Shown here: in pieces, positions 34,787 to 47,725 of the stretch
How the letters are laid out: each line of letters starts with the position of its first letter
Numbering within the stretch: the stretch's first letter is position 1
Assembly (NCBI GenBank): GCA_002269645.1
Contig: NIVC01002290.1
Coordinates: forward strand, 122,468 to 186,467
Reading direction: 5' to 3'
DNA length: 64,000 nt
Source: Macrostomum lignano
Taxonomy: Eukaryota
The notes under the pieces: model-generated
Told to the model about the DNA's origin: nothing
The model's input: the letters and a program-made list of their open reading frames with translations, nothing else
The model's database searches: none
Made by a program: the position numbers and the translations under genes

Positions 34787-35330
34787 TCCGGACGATTGTT
34801 TTGTCTGGTAGATTTTTTTTCTTTTTTTCTTTAAATAGGTCACTGATTAAAAAATGCCCAAGGACATTTCGAATTTTCAACAAACCCTCTACTACCAATA
34901 GTGTATTCAGTAAATGCGCAGTAATTTTTTAATTTTCTGAGCTTAAATAAGCAGCAATAAAACATTTTCAATTGCCTAGAAATTTTCAAAGCAGCGGGCA
35001 ACCTAAGTTCAGTGATCAAATAAATCGATGAAATTCGAATAATGACTTGGTTGACCAGGGAATAGGATAATGAAATCCTATTTGTGTATGAAATTTTCAG
35101 GGATTGACCAGCTTCCATCAGCTGGGAACCCGCTGACTGATTGCCAGCTTCTGATTATCAATAATCAGGTTGCGACCCGAGCCGGGTCAGGAAAATCAGC
35201 AGAGAATCAGATATCATTGTTGAATAATGAGAGACAAGTCCTCATGATGCGGCAGTAAGATGAGTCTGACTCAAAGTCTGCAGGCAGACATCACAGACTC
35301 GAAAGAACTGTGACAGAGAATTGGTTTGTG

Positions 35331-36310
35331 AAAGAATCGCCCGAGCCCTGAAATCGCTTCAGCCAAAGAATCGCCCCAGCCTAAGAATCGCCCCAGCCTA
35401 AGAATCGCCCCAGCCTAAAAATCACCCCAACCGAAGAATCGCCCCAGTCAAGGAATCGCCCTAAAGAATCGCCCCAGCCTAAGAATCGCCCTAAAGAATC
35501 GCCCCAGCCTAATAATCACCTCAGCCTAAGAATCACCTCAGCCTAAGAATCACCTCAGCCTAAGAATCACCTCAGCCTAAGAATCACCTCAGCCTAAGAA
35601 TCACCTCAGCCTAAGAATCACCTCAGCCTAAGAATCACCTCAGCCTAAGAATCACCTCAGCCTAAGAATCACCTCAGCCTAAGAATCACCTCAGCCTAAG
35701 AATCACCTCAGCCTAAGAATCACCTCAGCCTAAGAATCACCTCAGCCTAAGAATCACCTCAGCCTAAGAATCACCTCAGCCTAAGAATCACCTCAGCCTA
35801 AGAATCACCTCAGCCTAAGAATCACCTCAGCCTAAGAATCACCTCAGCCTAAGAATCACCTCAGCCTAAGAATCACCTCAGCCTAAGAATCACCTCAGCC
35901 TAAGAATCACCTCAGCCTAAGAATCACCTCAGCCTAAGAATCACCTCAGCCTAAGAATCACCTCAGCCTAAGAATCACCTCAGCCTAAGAATCACCTCAG
36001 CCTAAGAATCACCTCAGCCTAAGAATCACCTCAGCCTAAGAATCACCCCACCAAATAATCGCCCCAGCCAAAGAATCGCCCAGCCAAAGAATCGCCCCAG
36101 CCAAAGAATCGCCCTAGACAAAGAATCGCCCCAGCCAAAGAATCGCCCCAGCCTAAGAATCGCCCTAGACAAAGAATCGCCCCAGCCAAAGAATCGCCCT
36201 AGCCTAAGAATCGCCCCAGCCTAAGAATCACCCTAGCCTAAGAATCGCCCCAGCCTAAGAATCACCCCACCAAATAATCACCCCAGCTGAAGAACCGCTC
36301 TTAGCCAAAG
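35331..36310 (-). repeat. 17-bp array (AAGAATCGCCCCAGCC[T/A]; homogeneous core AAGAATCACCTCAGCCT), right arm of the second inverted pair
   Basis: Directly visible. Confidence 0.93.
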
Positions 36311-37229
36311 AAAGCAGCTACCCCGTCACTTAGACAAATTGTTTCAAATATTTATCTTTAATCTCTCTAATCTCGGTGCATGGTCAGCACTTGCTTTGAG
36401 CTTCAGCTCACTTTGACTCTCCACTGCTCAGAGAATGCGCTGTTTGTGGTGAAGTGACCGGCCCTGATTGACTAATCTGTCAGGTCCGAACGGCGGCATT
36501 TTCGAGAGATTAGCGAGATTAGCGAGCGGCTTGCCAGACGCAAAACAAGATGAAGGAAAGAGCCAGAAAAAATCGATGAAGTCTGCTGCTGCTGCTGCTA
36601 CAACCGCTAAAGATGAAATTTCCAGAAGAGCAAAATCCAGAAGACAGAAGTTTCCTTGTCGGGCTGAGGTCAGAGCCGCTATCAGCCCTTCCCAATAGGG
36701 GGCTAATTAACATCTGCGTGGAACGGCGACCTCCCATGGGGCTGAGCTGCTGCCTCTGCTGCACATCCATACGCATGCCATACTTGAACAATAACCCCGG
36801 CTATTGATGCGCTGCCTCCTGCCTCAACTGGCCACTGCACCCTGCATTATTCAGATTGCGTGAGTGAAAGCGTCGAAAATCTATTGCAAGCGGCAGGGTT
36901 AAAGAAAATCTCGGGGTGAGAGGGGGGCGTGGGGTTGAAGGGCGAGGCCTGCGATCGATTCAAGCCCCGAAGCTCCTCGAAACGGTCTGGCAACTTGCAG
37001 CTTGAAATTTTATCAATACAGTTCTGATTTCCACCCTGCGCCAGTGTCTGTAGCTGGGCTAAGCGTCAATGTTCAAAGGTGGATAGAAAGGATTCTAAAT
37101 TGCTTGTCGAAAGGTCCTTCGATGTCAACCCCACACTCGTGTCAACCCTGAATCCTACAGCTCGAGTTTTGAACTATAAATCTGATGATGCACTATAATA
37201 TATTGCTCATTTTGCAAGAATCTAGCGGC

Positions 37230-38572
37230 GTCGTATCATGTCTTATCGTGTCTTATCGTATCGTGTCGTATCGTGTCGTATCGTGTCGTATCGTTTCGTA
37301 TCGTGTCGTATCGTGTCGTATCGTGTCGTATCGTATCGTGTCGTATCGTGTCTTATCGTGTCTTATCGTATCGTGTCGTATCGTGTCGTATCGTGTCTTA
37401 TCGTATCGTGTCGTATCGTGTCGTATCGTGTCGTATCGTGTCTTATCGTGTCTTATCGTATCGTGTCGTATCGTGTCGTATCGTGTCTTATCGTGTCGTA
37501 TCGTGTCGTATCGTGTCTTATCGTGTCGTATCGTGTCGTATCGTATCGTGTCGTTTCGTGTCTTATCGTGTCGTATCGTGTCTTATGCATCATATCGTGT
37601 CGTTTCGTGTCTTATCGTGTATTATCGTGTCATATCGTGTCATATCGTGTCTTATCGTGTCTTATCGTGTCGTTTCGTGTCTTATCGTGTCTTATCGTGT
37701 CTTATCGTGTCATATCGTGTCTTATCGTGTCTTATCGTGTCGTTTCGTGTCTTATCGTGTCTTATCGTGTCTTATCGTGTCATATCGTGTCTTATCGTGT
37801 CTTATCGTGTCGTATCGTGTCTTATCGTGTCATATCGTGTCTTATCGTGTCTTATCGTGTCGTTTCGTGTCTTATCGTGTCTTATCGTGTCTTATCGTGT
37901 CATATCGTGTCTTATCGTGTCTTATCGTGTTGTATCGTGTCTTATCGTGTCTTATCGTATCGTGTCGTATCGTGTCGTATCGTGTCGTATCGTGTCTTAT
38001 CGTGTCGTATCGTGTCTTATCGTGTCGTATCGTGTCTTATCGTGTCTTATCGTATCGTGTCGTTTCGTGTCGTATCGTGTCTTATCGTGTCGTATCGTGT
38101 CTTATCGTGTCGTATCGTGTCTTATCGTGTCGTATCGTGTCGTATCGTGTCGTATCGTGTCGTATCGTGTCTTATCGTGTCTTATCGTGTCGTATCGTGT
38201 CGTATCGTTTCGTGTCGTATCGTGTCTTATCGTGTCGTATCGTGTCTTATCGTATCGTGTCGTATCGTGTCTTATCGTATCGTATCGTGTCTTATCGTAT
38301 CGTGTCGTATCGTGTCTTATCGTATCGTATCGTGTCTTATCGTATCGTATCGTGTCTTATCGTGTCGTATCGTGTCTTATCGTATCGTATCGTGTCGTAT
38401 CGTGTCGTATCGTGTCGTAACGTGTCGTATCGTATCGTGTCTTATCGTATCGTATCGTGTCTTATCGTATCGTATCGTGTCTTATCGTATCGTATCGTGT
38501 CTTATCGTATCGTATCGTGTCGTATCGTGTCGTATCGTATCGTGTCTTATGCATCATATCGTGTCGTTTCGT
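37230..38572. repeat. CpG-rich 5/10-bp satellite (TATCGTGTCG / TATCGTGTCT)
   Basis: Directly visible; source of spurious ORFs 37185-38623. Confidence 0.97.
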
Positions 38573-39625
38573 GTAGTTTTGCGTTGTATCTTTTATGATG
38601 ATAAAATGATGATCATTTATTGATAGGAAGAAACTTGTGGTGTATTTTATAGACGAGAAATATAACAAGGCAATAAAAGTTTAATCGATATTCGATCTAT
38701 AAACGTTTATCAATACATTTGCGTAATTCTTTAATTCTCTTAAAAAATTCCTAGTATCAAGTTCCCAAATCCCGAATCCCCCAGCCCCATCTCTGCGGCA
38801 CAGATTCCCTCCCCCTCCCGTACTTCACCGCAGTATTGACTGATTTCAGAGCCCGCCCCGAAGGCTTCATCAACAACCCCCCCCCCCAGTTCTGAGTCCA
38901 TCAACCCTTCGTCCCAGTTGTCCCAAATCTGTAGCCCCGCAGCGGTCGGCCAATCGGTTCGGGGAAAAAAGGGGAGCGGAAGGGGGGCCGAACTAAGCGA
39001 GGCTGCCGCGAAGGAAAAGGAAGAGAAAAAGTGCCGCAACTTTGGCCGAAAAGAGCCCCGCCTCCCAAGACGGCCGGCCCTGCTCTGCAGCCTCCCTCTC
39101 TCTCTTTCTCTTTTCTCCCTCCCTCCCTCTCTATCTTGCTTCAGCTGCGACTGGCCCTTAGGCAACGGCTTGACACACCACACTCGCACACACTTGACAC
39201 ACACACACACAGCTCCGATCTAACTAACCAGAGTTCGAACAGCGGCTGCGAGAAATCCCCCCCTGCCTCCTCCCACTCTCCCCGCCCCCCTCATCGACTA
39301 GTTGGGGAGAGAGACGGGATCCATCGGTGAGGAAGGAGTGGGCTTGGGAGGGTCACTGATGGGGAGAAAGGGGGCTTCGGGAAGAATCCGGGATGTGAGG
39401 GGGAGAGTGGGAAAGAATATGAAGGCTTCCGTGCCGGAGAATTGAGGGAGAAAATCTGTTTGGCGAAAGTCTAGCAGCGTCGACTCGGCGGGGACTGACC
39501 ACCGATTCTTCAGCGTCTTCGGCTTCGTCTCGGGCGTCTTGAGCAGTGCTTAGTGAAACACTGTCGGAGACGGATTGATATTGAGCGGGGGCGTCAGCCG
39601 CCACAGAGGCTGATCAGCAGCAGGG

Positions 39626-42600
39626 ATGCTGCGGACGCTGCTGCTGCTGCTTCTCATGTCTGCCTCAAATTTCGGCACCGCAGCCGGTGAGTAATTGAAT
39701 GAAATCTTTCTTATCTTTGCTTCAAATACCGCTTAGCCAGTTTCTAATTTAATCATTATTACAGAGTAAAGACTGTGAGACGCTCATGTAATCAAAGGAT
39801 TTACCTACTTTATTATTTTTTACGTCTAGATGAGTTATTAATCAAAACTCTGTTTACCGATGCACATCTAGATCCAAAGTTTTTTAGTCCAAAGTACACC
39901 CAGATCACTGAGCCAACCTTTTTAACTCCAATGTACATCTAGACCAGTCAGCCAACCCTTTTAACTCCAATGTACATCTAGACCAGTCAGCCAACCCTTT
40001 TAACTCCAATGTACATTCAGACCAGTCAGCCAACCCTCCCCTAATATTCAGCTCCAATGTACATCCAGACCAGTCAGCCAACCCTCCCCTAATATTCAGC
40101 TCCAATGTACATCCAGACCAGTCAGTCAACCCTCCCCTAATATTCAGCTCCAATGTACATCCAGACCAGTCAGTCAACCCTCCCCTAATATTCAGCTCCA
40201 ATGTATTGTACATCCAGACCAGTCAGTCAACCCTCCCCTAATATTCAGCTCCAATGTACATCCAGACCAGTCAGTCAACCCTCCCCTAATATTCAGCTCC
40301 AATGTACATCCGGACCAGTCAGTCAACCCTCCCCTAATATTCAGCTCCAATGTATTGTACATCCAGACCAGTCAGTCAACCCTCCCCTAATATTCAGCTC
40401 CAATGTACATCCAGACCAGTCAGTCAACCCTCCCCTAATATTCAGCTCCTATGTAGCTCGTACATTCCCAAATCAGCCAGCCAACGTACCGTCTATTTAG
40501 CTCCAATGTCAGTCAATCAGCTATCAATCCACAAGGCTTCCCCCGAATTTCGATTTCGCAGCCGCCACAACCGATGAGGAAGTGCGCCTGGCTCACCTGC
40601 TCTTCCAGCACAAGGGCTACAATAGGCTAATACGGCCAGTAACCAGTTTAAATGCCACGGTGAAAGTTGAATTCACTCTGTCAATCATACAGATCATCAA
40701 TGTGGTACGTGCTGCATATACTACTACCATATTTAGCATGAATAAACTTCACTTCAAGCAGTCGTGAAGCTCTAACTGAAACATTTTTCAGGAAGAGAAG
40801 GCTCAGATCATGAAGAGCAACGTTTGGTTGAAGCTGGTGAGAGATGGGTTTGAATTTGTGCTTCACGACCTAAATGGGCGCACTTTTCGTAGGGTTCGCC
40901 CTCTGTTAACCCGACAGCTGGTCAAGCGGGATGTTTTATCCTTATTTTTACATTCTTCCAGTACCCCTGTTTTTCACTCTCCAAGTGAACAACTGTTTAC
41001 AGTTCGTCAACTTTGTAAGGAGCTAAAAAAGGAAACTTGGTAGATATTTATTTTGAAATTGATTTTAGGTCTTTCAGTCAAGAGACACTCGGTAGATCAG
41101 ATCTACACCTTTAATAATTCTCTATTTAACAGAGCTGGTACGACTATCAGCTCAGATGGGATCCGAAGGACTTTGGCGGCGTTTCAATTATTCGAGTTCA
41201 CCCCGACCGGGCATGGAATCCGGACATTGTCCTGTTTAACAAGTGAGTGACGTGTAGGGACAGTTGGGGTGGGGCAGATCACTACTGAAGCTTGGGGTGG
41301 GACAGATCACTGAAGCTTGGGGTGGGGCAGATCACTGAAGCTTGGGGTGGGGCAGATCACTGAAGCTTGGGGTGGGGCAGATCACTGAAGCTTGGGGTGG
41401 GGCAGATCACTGAAGCTTGGGGTGGGGCAGATCACTGAAGCTTGGGGTGGGGCAGATCACTGAAGCTTGGGGTGGGGCAGATGACTACTGAAGCTTGTAG
41501 TGGGGGCAGTTCACTACTGAAGCTTGTGGTGGGGCAGATCACTACTGAAGCTTGTGGTGGGGCAGATCACTACTGAAGCTTGTGGTGGGGCAGATCACTA
41601 CTGAAGCTTGTGGTGGGGCAGTTCACTACTGAAGCTTGTGGTGGGGCAGATCACTACTGAAGCTTGTGGTGGGGCAGATCACTACTGAAGCTTGTAGTGG
41701 GGGCAGTTCACTACTGAAGCTTGTAGTGGGGGCAGTTCACTACTGAAGCTTGTGGTGGGGCAGATCACTACTGAAGCTTGTGTTGGGGCAGATCACTACT
41801 GAAGCTTGTGGTGGGGCAGATCACTACTGAAGCTTGTGTTGGGGCAGATCACTGAAGCTTGGGGTGGGGCAGATCACTGAAGCTTGGGGTGGGGCAGATC
41901 ACTGAAGCTTGGGGTGGGGCAGATGACTACTGAAGCTTGTAGTGGGGGCAGTTCACTACTGAAGCTTGTGGTGGGGCAGATCACTACTGAAGCTTGTGGT
42001 GGGGCAGATCACTACTGAAGCTTGTGGTGGGGCAGATCACTACTGAAGCTTGTGGTGGGGCAGTTCACTACTGAAGCTTGTGGTGGGGCAGATCACTACT
42101 GAAGCTTGTGGTGGGGCAGATCACTACTGAAGCTTGTGGTGGGGCAGATCACTACTGAAGCTTGTGGTGGGGCAGATCATTAGAGTAGATTTGAGTCACT
42201 TCAGTGACCGTTTTACCTAGAAATCGAAAATTCATTTGAAACTTTGCAGTGCCGACGGCAAGTATGAAACGTCATGGCTGCCCAACATTTTGATCTACAG
42301 CAGCGGTTACATTATGTGGATGCCGCCTGCAATTTACCAGAGTACCTGTACAATTCACGTCAGATACTTCCCGTTTGATCAGCAGGAGTGCGAAATGAAG
42401 TTCGGCAGTTGGACGTTTGATGCTACTCAAGTGAGGCACTATAAGAAAAACGATTTGTGTAAAAAAGAAGGGAGAGAACAAAGAATGGAGTGGGGTGGTA
42501 GCTATGCTCAGCGAATGTACATACATGGAGAAATGGAGACGGAGATAGGGGTGGTGGACTGGAATGAGGTGGGAAGTCGCATTCAGCGAATGTACATACT

Positions 42601-45427
42601 ATCGTACAGGCTTGGAGTGAAAGTATCGGAATGAAGTGGTTTGGGGTGGGAGCCGCACTCAGCGAATGTACACTTTATTTTATTGGACAGGCTTGGCGGG
42701 GATAGGAATCGGGACGAAGTGAAAGTCTCGAATGGAGTTGGGTAGAAGCCGCACTTAGTTAATGTACATACTATCAGACAGGCTTGGCGGGAACGGTAGA
42801 AATGGAGACGAAAGGAATGGTCGCGGAGTGGGGTGGGGTGAAATGTACATCCCTACAGACAGACAGAATGGTCAATATAGTCAGTCCATGTCGTACGAGT
42901 AGTCATTCTTTGCCGCAGTGCCTTCAAGTCCAAGGTCTGGCTAGAAATCTCTCACTTTTTAAAATCATTTATGTATCATTTTTGTGTTTATCAAAAACGC
43001 AGGTGATGCTTGACGGTCCGGGAGTGGCCGACATGAATTCGTATTGGAAATCTGGCTCCTGGGACATTATCGACTGTCCGGGAAATGTAACAAAAATTGA
43101 GAAGGTCGGTCAGGCGCCCCAGACTATGATGATCTACACCATCACCATCAGGCGGAAGACCCTGTTCTACACTGTCAACCTGATCATTCCCTGTGTTCTC
43201 ATCTCCCTGCTCAGCGTGTGCGTTTTCTATCTGCCAGCGGATGCTGGAGAAAAGATGACGCTCTGCATCTCGATTCTGCTGGCTCTGGTTGTGTTCCTCC
43301 TGCTAGTCAGCAAGATTCTGCCGCCGACTTCAATCTCAATACCGCTGATCTCAAAGTTCTTGCTGTTCACATTCATCATGAATACTATCACCATTGTGTT
43401 CACCGTGATCATCATCAACTGGAACTTCCGGACGCCGAGGACGCACAAGATGCCGAACTGGGTCCGCCTGGTGTTCCTCAAATACCTGCCCCAGGTTTTG
43501 CTTATGAAACGACCGGAGCACATCGACCAGGAGGAGGCGGACAAGTGGCGAATGGACCGCATGACCGATGCCGACAAGTGCAATGGCGGCGGCGGCGACA
43601 CCGCCGACCTTGGAGCTGATCGGCAGCGACAGGTTCAGCACATCGGCGCCGTGCCTTCGTCGTCTTTCGACGCTGGATTCGATAGTTCTGGCGGCCTCTA
43701 CGATCAGCAGCAGCCCCAGCAGCAACCTGAGCAGCCGCCTCGAGGCCTCCGAGGATTGCGGGTCACACCGGAGCTGCAAAAGTCGGTGGCCGCCATTAAC
43801 CTCATAGCGACGCATCTGCGTATTGAGGACGAGTACATGCGGGTAAGATAGAGAGAAAATGACTCAGGTGTGCATTTTGGTGAGCCAGGTGTGTCCTATG
43901 GGTGATTCAGGTGTGTCTGATTGGTGAGCCAGGTGTGTCCTATGGGTGATTCAGGTGTGTCTGATTGGTGAGCCAGGTGTGTCCTATGGGTGATTCAGGT
44001 GTGTCTGATTGGTGAGCCAGGTGTGTCCTATGGGTGATTCAGGTGTGTCTGATTGGTGAGCCAGGTGTGTCCTATGGGTGATTCAGGTGTGTCTGATTGG
44101 TGAGCCAGGTGTGTCCTATGGGTGATTCAGGCGTGTCTGATTGGTGAGCCAGGTGTGTCCTATGGGTGATTCAGGTGTGTCTGATTGGTGAGCCAGGTGT
44201 GTCCTATGGGTGATTCAGGTGTGTCTGATTGGTGAGCCAGGTGTGTCCTATGGGTGATTCAGGTGTGTCTGATTGGTGAGCCAGGTGTGTCCTATGGGTG
44301 ATTCAGGTGTGTCTGATTGGTGAGCCAGGTGTGTCCTATGGGTGATTCAGGTGTGTCTGCTTGGTGAGTCAGGTTCAGGTGTGTCTGATTGGTGAGCCAG
44401 ATGTGTCCTATTGGTGATTCAGGTGTGTCTGATTGATGAGCCAGGCGTAAAAAATTATTTCGGCTGGTGCTTACTGCCAAATTAAACGACACACTGCACC
44501 ATCTGTCTGGAGTGCAGTGTGTTGGAAGCGTAAGCCTAACTCACACAAGAGACTGGGTCGCAGTCCAGTCACTAATTAGCGCTCCTTTAACAGCACTGTC
44601 GATCGTTTTGCATGAGAATTTATTTTAAGGTGAGGGTGTAGTCTCTAGGTGATGCTACAGCCAAGCATTTCCCGCGAGTTCCTGCAGAAATCGATGCCAC
44701 ATTGACCCTCCGCCACCCACCCGCTCCCCGCGCATGCCGGCAGATGAAAGTCCAGTCGCGAAGACCTGATTAAATATGAAAGCCGGGCTCAGTAATATAT
44801 ACGGCAGACTGGGCTAGCATACTCACGGAGACTGAATAGTAGGATGGATGGGAGGGGAGACGTCAGCTACTCTTGGTCATGTATTGATGAAGCCAGTTGG
44901 GCCCGGCTTAGGGGAGGCTGAGGCTACGCTAAAACTTCTTGTGCCACTCGATAAGCATCCATCTCGTGCTGTCTAGTGTGTCGCGAGCGTGTCTGACCCA
45001 AGGCAGAATGCAAGGAGGGAGAAAACTTGAGGGGAAACTACTAGGTGAAATTCGCAGCCCTCCTGCAATTGAAAACAGCCTACTTTGCTGCAGATGACGA
45101 GTGAAGAAGGCAAGAAAGGAGAGAGAAAAGTGGTAAACGGAGAAAGTTGACCCCTGTCTGTTTTTAGCGTGTCGATTTTCTCCCGTCCCATAAGAAATTA
45201 TCTGCTTCAATTTTTCACCTTATTCAATCTATTCGTTTCAGGTTCTCCAAGACTGGAAGTACGTGGCCTCGGTCATTGACAGAATTCAATTGGTCATTTT
45301 CAGCACAGTGACAGTTATAGGAACCATTGCCATTTTAATGAACGCACCGTTCATTCTGGACTTTGTTCAACAGGAAGCTGTCGTGACGGAACTGAAAAAT
45401 CGCTTCGAGAAATTTGTACCCAGCTGA
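39626..45427 (+). CDS. Nicotinic acetylcholine receptor non-alpha (beta-like) subunit, paralog B, 7 exons, about 521 aa
   Basis: Exons 39626-39686 (MLRTLLLLLLMSASNFGTAA signal), 40562-40704, 40792-40836, 41133-41242, 42250-42430, 43003-43842, 45242-45427. GT-AG throughout, with the same exon sizes (143, 45, 110, 181) and phases as paralog A; Cys-loop and TM1-4 intact; no vicinal Cys pair. Confidence 0.93.
39905..40500. repeat. 39/48-bp array (CCAGACCAGTCAGTCAACCCTCCCCTAATATTCAGCTCCAATGTACAT), nAChR-B intron 1
   Basis: Directly visible. Confidence 0.9.
41263..42180. repeat. 25/28-bp array (TGAAGCTTGTGGTGGGGCAGATCACTAC), nAChR-B intron 4
   Basis: Directly visible. Confidence 0.95.
42480..42870. 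repeat. Degenerate repeat with recurring CAGCGAATGTACATAC / GGGGTGG, nAChR-B intron 5
   Basis: Motif AATGTACA recurs about 5 times with irregular spacing. Confidence 0.55.
43862..44445. repeat. 44-bp array (dimer of related 22-mers starting CAGGTGTGTC), nAChR-B intron 6
   Basis: Period 44 measured between 43885, 43929 and 43973. Confidence 0.95.
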
Positions 45428-45619
45428 GTTTCTATACCTGTCATTAGATTTTAACTTCACGAGCATATTGTATTGCTATCTGTTAAGTGAGCTTAGCAAG
45501 GACTTTTGTTGCAAAGCGAGCATTTCACTGGCAATTTATAAACTATTTAAACAGCTGGGGGTTAAAAATCGTGACATAAAAAATCTATGAACAGCCTCAG
45601 TGGCTGTGGTGGATTTGAA

Positions 45620-45990
45620 ATAATGCGCAAAAGTAAGAGGGGGAGGGGTTTGAATCAAATCACGCACACAAGGGCCGGGTTCGGGGGTAGAAATTACGCA
45701 CAATGGAAGAGGGGTAGGATTTAAAATCACGCACAAATTAAAAGTGGTCGGGGCGAGAGTTTGAAATTGTGCACAATTGGAGAGGGGTGGGGTTTGAAAT
45801 TCAGCACAAGGGGGAAAGGGGTCGGGGTCGGGGGTAGAAATCACGCGCAAAGGGGGAAGGGTGGGAGTTGATCTCACGCACAAGGGGTACGAGTATAGGG
45901 CTTGGGAGGTAGAAATCACGCCCAAGGGGGAGGGGGGAGGGGCCGGGGGTAGAAATCACACAAGGGGGAAGGGTTGAGGTTCGAAATTTA
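45620..45990. repeat. Degenerate G-rich repeat with GAAATCACGC core, related to 47958-48305
   Basis: GGGG..GAAAT[C/T]ACGC recurs about 10 times. Confidence 0.6.
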
Positions 45991-47337
45991 CGCACCAAAA
46001 TAGCACGCAGTGGCCAGGGTTGGTTGGTTCCAGTCACACCAGTTGACCGATAAAGTTAAGGAGTCAAGTAGGTCGAAAAGAATTCCAAGTTTATGATGAT
46101 TTTGGTTGCGCTGCCAAAGGTTGTGCTTACAAATTTCAATCCGGATAGTCAAAGCATTCTATTGCTTTCATTTTGAACTGTTAGTGCATGTACTTCAACC
46201 TAAAACCTCTCTGCCTGATTGATATCAGCAATGTTTTGCTTGATTCTCTTTCGAATTTATGATAGGCCATGATTCTAGGAGCAGTGCGAATTTTATCTAA
46301 AGAGAATTGCTCACTTATTGTCCCAGCTCCCAACACAAATCACTGTCGTGCTTGCCTGAAAGTAATTACAAGTATTAGTTAATGCAATGTTTTCCTTCTC
46401 TCAATGTACGTCACATTACTACTCACTGACTGGTTACCAAGTGTATGCATTGAACTACCGCTCGTTCCGTCTGCGAAATACGAGCTACTCCAAGCTGTAG
46501 AAATACCAAGAAATACTCCTGACAATTTCTCGATGCCTTCAAATGGAGCACCGCAGGCGCACGAGGTATCTTACAGATCAATATTTATTACGAAAAATGC
46601 TCTGTTGAGTGCATGTATTTTTTCAGCAGACCGATTAACCAACCAAGAACCTTTGCACAGGAACAAGTAATTCCCTTTGAGCATTGACATCTCAGCAACC
46701 CCGTTTGAGCATAGGAATCTTTGGAGACTGATATAAGTGTAGAGTAGCAAAACATGAAGCGTGGGAGGTCCGTGCCACGATACGATGCCACTAGGCATAG
46801 CAAATTCTCGGGCAAAAAGGATTTGATTAATCACTGCATATGCAAGCAATAGTGTGTTTGCCAAGGATCCCGCAAAGCCGGTCTGTCCAATGCGGATGTC
46901 TTATAGGGATATACGAGGATTAGATCCCACAGCAACCGCAGCATTCAAGTTGCCACCGGTATCAGCTGCAGTGAGGTCAGTCGAAATGAGGCGCTCCTCC
47001 GGCAGCTCGAATAGAAGGATCAGTGAGCTCGGGATTTGCTCAGCCAGCTCTCTCCGCGTCTCGGTCTGTTAAGCATTGAGTTGCCCAGCTACCATGCGAA
47101 CTGGCTTCCTGCTTACTTATTTAGTCATTCAAACGGCTTTAACCGCTTCACCGGCTGCTGAGTGCAGAGGAGACGGCCATCGCAGAGTCCACAGCCAACC
47201 CGACTGCCAATTTGACTTTTCCGATTCGCTAATTCCACTTATTGCATAATTAGTCACGCTATGATATAATCGTATTAATACAGAGAGACCTAGGTGTAAG
47301 CGGCTGTTTAGCCCAACAGTTGGAAGCATACATTCTC

Positions 47338-47725
47338 TCATATCCCGGTTCCTGTCTCTCTCTCGACTCTCATCTCAAGGGTTCCTGCCTCCCTCTCGAC
47401 TCTCATCTCAAGGGTTCTTGTCTCCCTCTCGACTCTCATCTCAAGGGTTCTTGTCTCCCTCTCGACTCTCATCTCAAGGGTTCTTGTCTCCCTCTCGACT
47501 CTCATCTCAAGGGTTCCTGTCTCTTCTTTGACTCTCATCTCAAGGGTTCCTCTCTCCCTCTCGACTCTCATCTCAAAGGTTCCTGTCTCCCTCTCGACTC
47601 TCATCTCAAGGGTTCTTGTCTCCCTCTCGACTCCCATCTCCCGGTTCCTGTTTCCCTCTCGATTCTCATCTCAAGGGTTCCTGTCTCCCTTTCGACTCTC
47701 ATATCAAGGGTTCCTGTCTTCCCTT
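47338..47725. repeat. 33-bp array (CTCATCTCAAGGGTTCCTGTCTCCCTCTCGACT)
   Basis: 11-aa period in the ORF track. Confidence 0.93.

Noticed and set aside
34019-34932. Pro/Lys-rich and Trp/Gly-rich ORFs on both strands
   Set aside because: Translations of the 17-18-bp array.
36468-36807. Short ORFs on both strands between the nAChR genes
   Set aside because: No motif, no convincing splice pair, low complexity.
37185-38623. 400-460-aa SYRVVSC ORFs
   Set aside because: Translations of the 5/10-bp satellite.
44489-44522. 11-bp perfect hairpin ACACACTGCAC...GTGCAGTGTGT in nAChR-B intron 6
   Set aside because: Isolated, with no second copy or element boundary visible in the window; not assignable.
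46400-47340. Possible extra exons (e.g. TETRRELAEQIPSSLILLFELPEERL, minus strand) downstream of the orphan TM gene
   Set aside because: No frame-consistent splice model or recognisable domain could be built by eye.
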